DNA of 61,579 nucleotides, filler included, from Candidatus Woesearchaeota archaeon CG1_02_57_44 (lineage in GTDB: Archaea > Nanobdellota > Nanobdellia > Woesearchaeales > CG1-02-57-44), in assembly GCA_001871415.1 (NCBI GenBank). It is 5 parts of 5 records of this genome, joined end to end, with 100 filler letters (N's around TTAATTAATTAA, not from the genome) between each part and the next. Parts side by side here need not be neighbours in the genome. Positions count along the whole stretch, not along the records: positions 1 to 28,595 come from MNWW01000037.1; 4 more parts are not named here. One strand, 5' to 3'. How positions within the stretch are numbered: the first letter of the stretch is position 1; each line of letters begins with the position of its first letter. Positions 1-8,991 of the stretch are shown here, in pieces. The notes under the pieces are model-generated. The model saw only the letters and a program-made list of their open reading frames with translations, was not told the origin of the DNA and did no database searches. Made by a program: the position numbers and the translations under genes.

Positions 1-1
1 A

Positions 2-355
2 ACCGATGTCCTGCTACGGCTCAAGGAGAAAGGGGTCAAGATAGGGCTGGTCAGCAACACGGACAGCTTCTCTGTCACCGCGGTGCTCGAGAAATACAAG
101 CTGCCTGAGCTCTTTGACCACATCAATCTCAGCTGCGATGCCGGCATGCTCAAGAGCAATCCGGACATGTTCGCAACCTCGCTGAAAGCGCTTGGCGTCT
201 CCAAGGAGGACACCGTCATGGTAGGGGACTCCATGGAATCCGACATCCTCGGCGCGCAGGCGGCAGGCATCAGAGCGATTCTCATCGACCGGCGCAACCG
301 CAGGGAGTACGAAGATAAGATACTCAACCTGGCGGAACTGGAGCGGATGGCATGA
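2..355 (+). CDS. HAD-family hydrolase (5' partial)
   Basis: Frame open from the window edge; motif II GLVSNT, motif III K, motif IV MVGDSMESDILGA. Confidence 0.9.
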   Translation, partial: TDVLLRLKEKGVKIGLVSNTDSFSVTAVLEKYKLPELFDHINLSCDAGMLKSNPDMFATSLKALGVSKEDTVMVGDSMESDILGAQAAGIRAILIDRRNRREYEDKILNLAELERMA

Positions 356-765
356 GCTGCATCTTCTGCAAGATAGCCAATGGCGACATCCCCGCGGACA
401 TCATCACCAGTGATGAGCAGGTCATCGCCTTCCTGGACATCAACCCGTCAGCAAAAGGTCATGCGCTGGTAGTCCCTGTGACGCACGTGGAGGACCTGAC
501 AGCGCTCGACGATACCCTTGTCTCCGCGGTCTTCTCGACCGCTCGCGAGGTCGGCAAGGCGTTGATGGACACCCTCGGCTGCGAGGGATTCAATGTCATC
601 ATGAACAACGGCTCTGCGGCAGGGCAGGTCGTGTTCCATGCCCACACGCACGTCATCCCCCGTAACCACGACGACGGCGTCATGCCGAAGATGGCCCGGG
701 CCCAGTACGCTGACGGAGAATCGGCAAAGCTCGCAACGACACTGGCAGGACACCTGAGCAAGTAA
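352..765 (+). CDS. hit: HIT family nucleotide hydrolase
   Basis: N-terminal CIFCKI; GQVVFHAHTHVIPR histidine triad; ATGA overlap with the HAD gene. Confidence 0.95.
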   Translation: MSCIFCKIANGDIPADIITSDEQVIAFLDINPSAKGHALVVPVTHVEDLTALDDTLVSAVFSTAREVGKALMDTLGCEGFNVIMNNGSAAGQVVFHAHTHVIPRNHDDGVMPKMARAQYADGESAKLATTLAGHLSK

Positions 766-927
766 CGGGCAGATATGTCCTCTTCTCCGGCAATGCTTCG
801 CCATGCGCGCAGTAGCCCGCATCCGGGAGGGCCGCAGATTCTCTGGAAAAACAGCAGGAATGCACATTAAGCAGCGGCAACAGCCAATGCATCGCATCTT
901 GCGGTCGTGGCAAGGGCCAGGCAGCAG

Positions 928-1743
928 TCATGCTGCCTGTTCCAGATCCTCAAGCAGCGTATGGCTCTCATCCGTGCCAGTGACCCTGCCATCCTGCGAC
1001 AAGGCAGGCCTGCGAGCCAAGGACTGATACGATTCCTGCTCATCCCTGCCCAGCCGAAAGCGCGCCAATGGATCCCGCTCACCATGGTCGTACGCGCCCC
1101 CTGTCAGCGCATGCAGACGTGATGGACCCCCCTGCAAGGCGTGACGCACCGGTCCCTCCAGCTGCACCAGCCGGTCGATGTGCTGGCGAATACGGCCGAT
1201 AAGCTCATTGCAGACCCCTGCGTGCTCGGAGCGTCCCAGGTCGATGCGGAGGGGCTCGTTGTGCTGATTGACCGCCACGTCGTGCGCCCTGTGCAGGTCT
1301 ATTATCAACTCGGTGAATTCCCTGAGCCCCGTTCCCAGTGCCTCAAAGATGGTGAGGAACTCGTGCACCACGACCATACCACGGAACTGGCGCAGGTCCT
1401 GCGCAAGGCCATCATCGAGGCGGATCCCCTGCCCAGACACCAGATGGTAGTAATGTTCCAGGCGGTTGATGTTATCGTGGCGACCCATATACCAGAGGAA
1501 TCCCTGCTCTGCGTCGAACTGCATGTCAAGATGCCCTTTGAGCGCGTGAAGACCTTGCATGACGTGTGGGAGGCGATCCGCCACGTCTTGCGCAAGTTCC
1601 GTGTCGTGGACCCTTGTCTCCTTCACCAGAGACGCGTCCTTGGGTGTGAAGCTATCCCATCGCTCCGCGATCATCCTCGCTCTTGCCGTCAACTCCGACT
1701 GCTTTTGTACCTGCAGCCGATAGCGCTGCCATACATCAGTCAT
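928..1743 (-). CDS. hypothetical protein (271 aa, helical)
   Basis: Long ORF with an ATGA overlap to the upstream membrane-protein gene; no recognised motif. Confidence 0.7.
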   Translation of the reverse strand: MTDVWQRYRLQVQKQSELTARARMIAERWDSFTPKDASLVKETRVHDTELAQDVADRLPHVMQGLHALKGHLDMQFDAEQGFLWYMGRHDNINRLEHYYHLVSGQGIRLDDGLAQDLRQFRGMVVVHEFLTIFEALGTGLREFTELIIDLHRAHDVAVNQHNEPLRIDLGRSEHAGVCNELIGRIRQHIDRLVQLEGPVRHALQGGPSRLHALTGGAYDHGERDPLARFRLGRDEQESYQSLARRPALSQDGRVTGTDESHTLLEDLEQAA

Positions 1744-2933
1744 GGTAGATCACCTCGATGGAATCGCGGCCCCCAATGGGAGACATAGATACCGATATCA
1801 TTTGACAATTGATGGTGACCAGCGACCAGGACCCGCACCCGTTGGTTGTCCGCGGGTACCATGCGCGCCGCATCCCGGTGCCCCCAGATATGCTCCTCTG
1901 CACGCACCACATTCTCTGCAGCACGCTGCATATCGTCCACCAGATCCTCCCACGCGTCAATCTCCGCATCGGGCACTGCAGGACCAACCGCGCCCACCTC
2001 AGCGTGCCTGCGCCGCAACAGATCAGTGCCGGTCGTCTGCACCCTTACGGTATGCAGATGATAATCATTGATGCACCTGGTCAGCTCAGCTATCTGCCGG
2101 GAAAAATCCGGCGGCGGCTGGTTGTTGTTGGCATTGCCGCCACCCGCGCCTCCACCTCCGCCTTGGTTGCCGCCCTGACCAACGCCTCCTCCACCCTGAT
2201 TGCCACCTCCGCCTTGGTTGCCACCCTGTCCCTGCGGTGCCCAGGGCATATTGGCCACCGGCACGTTCGGTGGCAGCGGATCCTCCTGGCGTGGCTGACG
2301 GGTCGCGAACCCATGCATGACCGCGAAGAGCACACCTGCCAGGGTCATGACCAGCCAGCCGATGCTCCAGATGTTCGGTGCCGCGAGCATGTAGCCGACC
2401 CAGAGCATGCCGATGCCTGCGGCGATGAGCCCCCACGTCCACGCAGCACCGCCCGCCTCGTCCCTGAAGGCAAAGAAGATGAGCAGCCCCACGATCGCCG
2501 CGACGAGCAGCCCGCCCAGCACACCGAATGGCGCAAGCGTCTGCATGAGGATTGCCGTCATGCTCTTGTTGTGGTACTGGTTCCAGAAGATGGCTAAGGT
2601 TGAGAGCGCCGCCATGGCCAGGCCGACGATCTTTCCCTGATGGCTGATGCCCTCCGATATATCCTTGCCCTTGCGGAACACAGGGATCCGCTTGAGCGTC
2701 GCGTGGAAGATAGCATAGAGCATGACGAAGAAGAGAAACACGGTCAAGGCATAGACGATGCTCGTGTCCTGCGTGAGCCGGAACATCATGCCCAATCGGC
2801 TGCCGAGGGACCCGACGATATCCGCGCGGACCGAGGGGAGCATGAGCGACACCAACAGCACCAGTGGCAACGCACTGATCGCACTCCTTACCGAAGATGC
2901 GACCACACGCCGGGGAGCGCTTGCTGACAGCAT
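1740..2933 (-). CDS. multi-pass membrane protein with Gly/Asn/Gln-rich linker and helical C-terminal domain
   Basis: Signal-like N-terminus, about 5 further hydrophobic segments, GGNQGGGG repeats; start chosen just downstream of the ArsR stop. Confidence 0.75.
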   Translation of the reverse strand: MLSASAPRRVVASSVRSAISALPLVLLVSLMLPSVRADIVGSLGSRLGMMFRLTQDTSIVYALTVFLFFVMLYAIFHATLKRIPVFRKGKDISEGISHQGKIVGLAMAALSTLAIFWNQYHNKSMTAILMQTLAPFGVLGGLLVAAIVGLLIFFAFRDEAGGAAWTWGLIAAGIGMLWVGYMLAAPNIWSIGWLVMTLAGVLFAVMHGFATRQPRQEDPLPPNVPVANMPWAPQGQGGNQGGGGNQGGGGVGQGGNQGGGGGAGGGNANNNQPPPDFSRQIAELTRCINDYHLHTVRVQTTGTDLLRRRHAEVGAVGPAVPDAEIDAWEDLVDDMQRAAENVVRAEEHIWGHRDAARMVPADNQRVRVLVAGHHQLSNDIGIYVSHWGPRFHRGDLP

Positions 2934-2943
2934 CGCTGATCGC

Positions 2944-3249
2944 CTAACCACTGCCAAGCACCTCCAAAAGCTTCTTGACGCGCTTCGCGTCTGCGAGTGA
3001 GTAGCGCATCTCCCGGCCGTCACGCTGCTGCTCGACGAGATTGGCGGCCAGTAACTTGGCCAGCGCTATGGACACCGCAGGCTGACTACGGTCCGTTATC
3101 GGCACAAGCTCGGTCACGGTCCTGGAGCCGCCCAGCAGCGTCTCGATGATGGCCAGCCGGGTGGTGTCTGCGAGCGCCTTGAGCTGCACTACCGTTGCCG
3201 CGGAGGAAGCGGCAGCGGCGTGGGCAGCTGATAGAGGTTGCGATGCCAA
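2944..3249 (-). CDS. ArsR/SmtB family transcriptional regulator
   Basis: LKALADTTRLAII...TVTEL...SQPAVSIALAKL...LVEQQRDGREMRYSL winged HTH; TTG start inferred. Confidence 0.9.
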   Translation of the reverse strand: MASQPLSAAHAAAASSAATVVQLKALADTTRLAIIETLLGGSRTVTELVPITDRSQPAVSIALAKLLAANLVEQQRDGREMRYSLADAKRVKKLLEVLGSG

Positions 3250-3262
3250 GAATTTACAGATA

Positions 3263-3280
3263 TAAATATATTGATATTTA
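3263..3280. promoter_or_regulatory. palindrome TAAATAT-N4-ATATTTA, putative ArsR operator 1
   Basis: Perfect 7-4-7 inverted repeat just upstream of the ArsR start, overlapping a TATA-like box. Confidence 0.65.
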
Positions 3281-3472
3281 AATTTTACTATATGTTGGCC
3301 GCCTTGTCGACTACCTATCCCCCCATCGATGCGCAGCAGCAGGGCAACCCCCTTCGCCACCACCAGAACCTTGCCTGCAACGACCCAAAGAGACCGTGCC
3401 CCGAAAGTAATTTCCAGACGCGCATCAGGCAATCGCATGCGCGTAGCCCATGCAGCAGCACATTTATAATTT

Positions 3473-3490
3473 TAAATATTAACATATTTA
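3473..3490. promoter_or_regulatory. palindrome TAAATAT-N4-ATATTTA, putative ArsR operator 2
   Basis: Second copy with identical arms, upstream of the TctA-like gene. Confidence 0.65.
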
Positions 3491-3662
3491 GATATTTATA
3501 TTTGCTTATCTATTGCGCAGACACTCGCACAGACATGCGACCATGCGGTCGTGAGGGAGTCATGCGATGCCGCACCGACAATGATGCTCGTTTCGCCTGT
3601 GCTGCAAGCTTTCCGGAATATTTGATGCAACGCATATCAAGCAGCGCAACAGACCTCGCGGC

Positions 3663-4847
3663 ATGATAGCCGCAAACATGACTGGCCTGCTGGCCATCCT
3701 CGCTGGCGCAGGCGCCGGTCATCTCGCGGGCATGATGACAGGCCTCACGCCAGGCCTGCACATCAACCTGGTCGCGCAGATGCTGCTGCTTGCCTGGCCA
3801 CTGTTGACAGTCAGTAAATCGGCCGCGCTCGGATTCTTGGTCGCCATGGCCATAGCCCACACGTTCTTTGACGCAATCCCCAGCATGTTGCTTGGTGTCC
3901 CTGACGAGGGCAGCATATTGGCAGTCATGCCAGCGCATAAGCTGGTCATGAAGGGCCGGGCGCGAGAGGCACTCGCGCTCAACCTTGCTGGAAGCATGGC
4001 CGCCATGCTGCTGTTCGCTGTGGCGCTGCCATCGCTCCTTTTGACACTGCCGACTTTGGCGCATCCGCCCCTCATCGTAAGAACCGTCGTGCTCATCGGC
4101 CTCCCATTGCTCGCACTCCTGGGAAAAAACACCTGGACCAATCTTGCGCTGTTTGCTGCTGCTGGATTGCTGGGACTTGCCACCATGCAACAAGACCTGC
4201 TCATGCCATTGCTCACCGGCCTGTTTGGCATGCCGACGCTGCTGGCTGCCGCAGGCAAGCTGCCATTCCAGCGCCGCAGATGGCCTCGCATCCGTCCGCT
4301 ATGGTCAGCAGTGAAGGCATTACCTGCGTGCGGCGCTTCATTATTTTCTGCTTTGCTTCCAGGCATCACCACCGCGCACGCGGCCTGGCTGTCAAGTGTT
4401 GGTGGAAGAGGGCAACGCAGCTACATTCTTGCCGCAGGCGCCATAAACACGTTTGACATGACCGTATCGCTGCTGCTCTGCGCGTTGACTGGCGTTGCGC
4501 GCAATGGCATCGCCATCGCCCTGGAAGGATTAGGCCTTGCCGGCCAGGTACGGCTTTGGCCATCAGTCGCAGGCACCATGCTCGTCTCAGCAGGAACCGC
4601 AGCGTTGCTGCTGCCTAAGGTAGCTGATGTCGCCATCGCAGTGCTGGATCGGGTACCTTATCGCACCGTGACCATCCTGCTCGCACTAGCGCTCACCCTG
4701 CTCGCATTCCTGACGTCAGGACTGCTTGGATTGATAGCACTGGCGACAGCGACAGCGCTTGGGACCGTCTGCTTGTCTGTCGGCGGCAAGCGCAGCAGCA
4801 TGACAGGAGTCCTGATTGCGCCGGTGCTTGTGTACTATCTGAGCTAA
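3663..4847 (+). CDS. TctA-like (DUF112) tripartite tricarboxylate transporter permease
   Basis: GLTPGLHIN, HTFFDAIPSMLLGVP, MPAHKLVMKGR motifs; very hydrophobic. Confidence 0.85.
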   Translation: MIAANMTGLLAILAGAGAGHLAGMMTGLTPGLHINLVAQMLLLAWPLLTVSKSAALGFLVAMAIAHTFFDAIPSMLLGVPDEGSILAVMPAHKLVMKGRAREALALNLAGSMAAMLLFAVALPSLLLTLPTLAHPPLIVRTVVLIGLPLLALLGKNTWTNLALFAAAGLLGLATMQQDLLMPLLTGLFGMPTLLAAAGKLPFQRRRWPRIRPLWSAVKALPACGASLFSALLPGITTAHAAWLSSVGGRGQRSYILAAGAINTFDMTVSLLLCALTGVARNGIAIALEGLGLAGQVRLWPSVAGTMLVSAGTAALLLPKVADVAIAVLDRVPYRTVTILLALALTLLAFLTSGLLGLIALATATALGTVCLSVGGKRSSMTGVLIAPVLVYYLS

Positions 4848-4854
4848 TAAGAGC

Positions 4855-5020
4855 ACGAAACAAAGAACCTGGGCGAATGTGAGAAAAAATGCGAGAAAGA
4901 AAAAGCAAAAAGAGCAGAAGGAAAAAAAAGGAAATGAAACAAAGGAGGACAATGACGGAGAAGAGAAAGGAAAGAAAGAGATAAGAAATATAGACAAAAA
5001 AAATAATAGGAAAAAACAAC
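4855..5020 (-). terminator. long purine-rich tract (U/C-rich on minus strand), probable terminator region of rpl15e
   Basis: About 165 nt that is almost all A/G on +, between convergent genes. Confidence 0.45.
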
Positions 5021-5022
5021 AG

Positions 5023-5586
5023 CTACCTGCCTGTCACTTCCTTACTGGGTCGGACTTTCTCAGCGCCCTTGCCCTTGCGGGTCAGGAGGCCTCGGCTGCG
5101 CTTTGCTGACGCGGTCAGGCCGCGATGCGCCCTGCCTTTCTGGCGTGAGACCCAGCTCAGCTGCGGATCGCTCTTGACGCGTGAGTTCTCGCGCTCCACC
5201 AGGATGACCTCGAAATAATAGTAGCGGCCATCCTTTGCCAAGAAATAGGAATTGAGCACTTCGCAGTTCGGGTACGCGCGCGACACTCGCTCCTCGGCGA
5301 TGGTCTGATAGGACTTGTCCACAATCTTCCTGCGAGTGTTATGCTTGCTTCGCCGGCCAGCCCTCATTTGCTCGCGCTGACGGCCACCGCGGATAAGGCG
5401 CTGGCGCACCATAAAAACACCCTGCTTGGCTTTATAGCCAAGAGCCCTTGCCCTGTCAATCCTCGTCGGCTTGTCAACGCGCACGGTGGCATTGCTCTGT
5501 CGCCATTCCATGATGCGGGCAGAAAACTCATCAGTGTCATAGGCACGCTTGCGCCATAAATCAGTCACATACTTCAGATATCCCAT
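5023..5586 (-). CDS. rpl15e: 50S ribosomal protein L15e
   Basis: MGYLKYV, PTRIDRARALGYKAKQG, NCEVLNSY, GRAHRGLTAS. Confidence 0.98.
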   Translation of the reverse strand: MGYLKYVTDLWRKRAYDTDEFSARIMEWRQSNATVRVDKPTRIDRARALGYKAKQGVFMVRQRLIRGGRQREQMRAGRRSKHNTRRKIVDKSYQTIAEERVSRAYPNCEVLNSYFLAKDGRYYYFEVILVERENSRVKSDPQLSWVSRQKGRAHRGLTASAKRSRGLLTRKGKGAEKVRPSKEVTGR

Positions 5587-5589
5587 GTC

Positions 5590-5715
5590 GCTTCACCTCA
5601 AGATTCAGGGGCCCCGTCCCGCGTCAGGCCATGTCACCCATGGCTGCAGGCCTTTATCGCGCAATATAGCGTAAGGCGGCGGGTCCGGCTCGCGTCCCTA
5701 CATTTCTCGGATGGG
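5590..5715 (-). ncRNA. structured 5' leader of rpl15e (candidate eL15 r-leader)
   Basis: Multibranch fold: GCCATG/CATGGC 5628-5644, GCCTT/AAGGC 5650-5677, CCCGC/GCGGG, AGGG/CCCT; lies between TATA box (5734-5742) and SD GAGGTG. Confidence 0.55.
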
Positions 5716-5838
5716 CTTCGGACAAGGGGTTGGTTTATAAAAGTTTGCCAGTGAATACATCAACGTATTGACCTGCTAGCGACAAGACGAAAGAAGATCG
5801 CAATGCCAACCGTCCAGGCCATATGTCAGAGCCAGACA

Positions 5839-6474
5839 TCAGATCCTGATCACTCCTGGGTACGTCGTTGCCGCGACATCCTGCGCGTCTCCGAAGAACA
5901 GGAAACCGTATTGATAGTAATCTTGCTTATTATTATGGACCCTGATGGTGGCATCGCCGGTATAATGCCCGTCCTGTTTATTGTAGGTATTCGCGACAAT
6001 GGCCTGCAATTCAATGCCATAGCCCCTGAAGACAGCCGCATTGGCCTCTACAACTGCCTCTATCAGGTCCCCGTCATTTTTGCTCAGTATCGCAACCGGA
6101 ACAGGAGACACCTCTACATACGCCTGCACCCCTGCCAAGCGCGGATTCACCTCGACCGTATCCAGCATACGCGTCAGAAATGACTCATAGCAGAGCCCTT
6201 CCAGACCCTTGGCCATGGAGCGAAGATGCCCCTCATTCGGCAGGCCCAGGAAATCCTTGGCAACGCAAGCCACGCCGTGCAAGAGCAGATTGATAACGCG
6301 TTCAGTTTGACCATTCGCAGCCATGAAGTGCAATGCGGCATGATAATGCCCGCGGACGGCGCAACCATCAAAATCTATCATAGCACGCACGCCCCTGTGC
6401 TGAAGTTCGATAGCAATCTCCTGCGGAGCGCCTTGTGGTATCCAAAGGCCCATACACGAAGAGAAATTTGGCAT
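5839..6474 (-). CDS. hypothetical protein
   Basis: 211-aa ORF filling the gap; no motif. Confidence 0.6.
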   Translation of the reverse strand: MPNFSSCMGLWIPQGAPQEIAIELQHRGVRAMIDFDGCAVRGHYHAALHFMAANGQTERVINLLLHGVACVAKDFLGLPNEGHLRSMAKGLEGLCYESFLTRMLDTVEVNPRLAGVQAYVEVSPVPVAILSKNDGDLIEAVVEANAAVFRGYGIELQAIVANTYNKQDGHYTGDATIRVHNNKQDYYQYGFLFFGDAQDVAATTYPGVIRI

Positions 6475-6605
6475 GGTTTAGAAATTTGCCGTTCTGAACA
6501 GGAGTGCGTATGATTGCATAATCGACCAGGTCCGATAACCTGTTTTGTACGGGCATTTTTGTCCGCATACGCCACCCACAAGCTTTAAATAACGTTCCCG
6601 TATCC

Positions 6606-6675
6606 GGCGCATCAGAGGTATTTCCACGCCCTGTGCCCCTGGTGTTTGGCCAGGCATCAGGGCCTTTGAGGTGTC
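6606..6675 (+). promoter_or_regulatory. long hairpin in the fusA 5' UTR that covers the SD
   Basis: GGCGC-A-TCAGAGG pairs with CCTTTGA-G-GTGTC; inner CCCTG/CAGGG and CTGG/CCAG; TTTAAATA about 20 nt upstream. Confidence 0.45.
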
Positions 6676-6678
6676 ACA

Positions 6679-8877
6679 ATGGCAGAAAAAATGGTTGACC
6701 GCGTCAAGCGGCTGATGAGAGATCCAGAGCACATCCGCAACATCGCCATCTGCGCGCATATCGATCACGGCAAGACGACCTTCTCAGACAATCTGCTGGG
6801 CGGCGCGGGTATGATATCCGAAGAGCTCGCGGGACATCAGCTCGCCCTTGACTTCCACGAGGATGAGCAGGAGCGCGGCATCACCATTGATGCGGCAAAC
6901 GTCTCCATGGTCCACGACTTTGAGGAAGCGGGCATTAAGCAGGAATATCTCATCAATCTGATTGATACGCCAGGCCACGTTGATTTCGGCGGCGATGTCA
7001 CGAGAGCCATGCGCGCCATCGACGGCGCTATCGTTCTTTGCGACTGTGTCGAAGGCATCATGCCGCAGACAGAAACAGTACTGCGCCAGGCGCTGCGTGA
7101 GCGCGTCAAGCCCGTGCTGTTCATCAACAAGGCCGACAGGCTCATCAAGGAGCTGCAGCTTGGCCCTGAGGGCATGCAGGAGCGCTTCCTGAAGATCATC
7201 GCCAGCGTCAACCAGCTGATAGTGCGCATCGCTGAAAAAGAATTCGGCAGCAAGTGGCAAGCGAATGTCAACGAAGGCAGCGTAGCGTTCGGCAGCGCGT
7301 TTCACAAGTGGGCACTTTCCATCCCCTACATGAAGCACAACGGCATCACGTTCAAGGACATCATCAACTGCTATGAGAATGATAATTACAAGGAAGCGGC
7401 AAAGATAGCTCCGCTGCACAAGGTCGTGCTGAACATGGTCGTGCGGCATCTGCCAGACCCCAAGCAGGCGCAGCCGTACCGCGTGCCAAAGATCTGGCAT
7501 GGCGATGTCGACAGTGTGGAAGGCAAAGCGCTTCTCAGCTGCGACCCGAATGGCCCTGTCGGCTTTGTCACCACCAAGATAGTATTTGACAAGCACGCAG
7601 GCGAAGTCGCCGCAGGCAGGCTGTTTTCAGGCAGCATCCGTAGCGGCCAGGAGCTCTACATGAATGGCCTGAAGCAGACGGTCCGCGTGCAGCAAGTGTC
7701 TGTCTATAACGGCGCCAAGCGCGAGATCGTCGACGAGGTCGTGGCAGGCAATATCGCAGGCGTCGTCGGGCTCAAGAACGTGTATTCAGGAGAGACCGCG
7801 AGCACCAACCCGATGGAGCCGTTTGAAGCCATCAAGCACATCTTTGAACCTGTGGTCACCAAGGCCATCGAGGCCAAGAAGCCCGGCGACCTGCCCAAGC
7901 TCATCGAGGTATTGCGTCAGGTCAACAAAGAGGATCCGACCATCACAGTGGAGATCAATGAGGAGACCGGCGAGCACCTCATCTCCGGCATGGGCGAATT
8001 GCATCTGGAGATCATCGAGAACCGCATCAAGAGCGAGAAGGGCGTGGATGTGCAGAGCAGCGCGCCTATCGTCGTGTATCGCGAGACCGTGCTCAAGAAG
8101 AGCGGTGAAGTGGAAGGAAAGAGTCCAAACAAGCACAACAAGATATTCTTCATTGTTGAACCGTTGGCAGATCCCATCTACAAAGCCATCAAGGAAGGCA
8201 GGATTCCTGAAATCCGCGTCAAGAAGAAAGATGACGCGCTCTGGGAGGCACTTGAGGAATGCGGCATGGACAGCAAGGAGTCCAGAAGGGTCAGGCAGAT
8301 CTTCAACGGCAACCTGCTCGTCGACGGCACCCGCGGCATCGTGCATATCGGCGAGGTCATCGAACTCATCATGGCCATGTTCGAGGATGTCATGAAAGCG
8401 GGCCCATTACTGCGCGAGCCCTGCACCAAAGTCAAGGTCATTATCGCGGACATGAGCCTGCACGAGGACACCATCCACAGGGGCCCTGCGCAGATATATC
8501 CCGCGGTCAGGGACGGTATCCGCGGAGCCATGCTGTCAGCGCAGCCCAGCATCCTGGAGCCACTGCAGGTCATCCAGCTGGACGCACCGTCAGAGTATAT
8601 GGGCGAGATCAGCAAGCTCGTGCAGAACAAGCGCGGCCAGCTGCTGGACATGAACCAGGAAGAGGCGACGGTGCAGGTCAAGGCGAAGATACCGGTCGCG
8701 GAGATGTTCGGCATGACCTCAGAGCTTCGCAGCGCGACCTCCGGCAGGGGCGTGCAGAGCGTCATCGATCAGATGTTCGAGCGCCTGCCTGATGAGCTGG
8801 CCCAGAAGATAGCCGGACAGATACGACAGCGCAAGGGACTCAAGCAGGACGAGACAGGAGTGGCTGTGCCGGCATGA
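6679..8877 (+). CDS. fusA: elongation factor aEF-2
   Basis: AHIDHGKTT, RGITI, DTPGH, NKAD; diphthamide loop HEDTIHRGPAQ. Confidence 0.99.
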   Translation: MAEKMVDRVKRLMRDPEHIRNIAICAHIDHGKTTFSDNLLGGAGMISEELAGHQLALDFHEDEQERGITIDAANVSMVHDFEEAGIKQEYLINLIDTPGHVDFGGDVTRAMRAIDGAIVLCDCVEGIMPQTETVLRQALRERVKPVLFINKADRLIKELQLGPEGMQERFLKIIASVNQLIVRIAEKEFGSKWQANVNEGSVAFGSAFHKWALSIPYMKHNGITFKDIINCYENDNYKEAAKIAPLHKVVLNMVVRHLPDPKQAQPYRVPKIWHGDVDSVEGKALLSCDPNGPVGFVTTKIVFDKHAGEVAAGRLFSGSIRSGQELYMNGLKQTVRVQQVSVYNGAKREIVDEVVAGNIAGVVGLKNVYSGETASTNPMEPFEAIKHIFEPVVTKAIEAKKPGDLPKLIEVLRQVNKEDPTITVEINEETGEHLISGMGELHLEIIENRIKSEKGVDVQSSAPIVVYRETVLKKSGEVEGKSPNKHNKIFFIVEPLADPIYKAIKEGRIPEIRVKKKDDALWEALEECGMDSKESRRVRQIFNGNLLVDGTRGIVHIGEVIELIMAMFEDVMKAGPLLREPCTKVKVIIADMSLHEDTIHRGPAQIYPAVRDGIRGAMLSAQPSILEPLQVIQLDAPSEYMGEISKLVQNKRGQLLDMNQEEATVQVKAKIPVAEMFGMTSELRSATSGRGVQSVIDQMFERLPDELAQKIAGQIRQRKGLKQDETGVAVPA

Positions 8878-8991
8878 GAGCAGGCGCAGAGCCAATAGGA
8901 GAGCATCCAAAAGTTTTATAAAGCACTGGAAAAAACCCAGAAACCGTCGCATAGACGGCAAACTCCCTATCCAAGGGCGGAGGATTCAAAA

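Noticed and set aside
4693..5109. Phe-rich and Lys-rich ORFs
   Set aside because: By-products of the low-complexity purine tract
5590..5715. 5S rRNA or SRP RNA
   Set aside because: Size fits 5S, but the conserved 5S and SRP sequence motifs are absent; position points to a cis leader
8455..8510. Loss of the aEF-2 diphthamide site
   Set aside because: The HRG motif is intact (HEDTIHRGPAQ)
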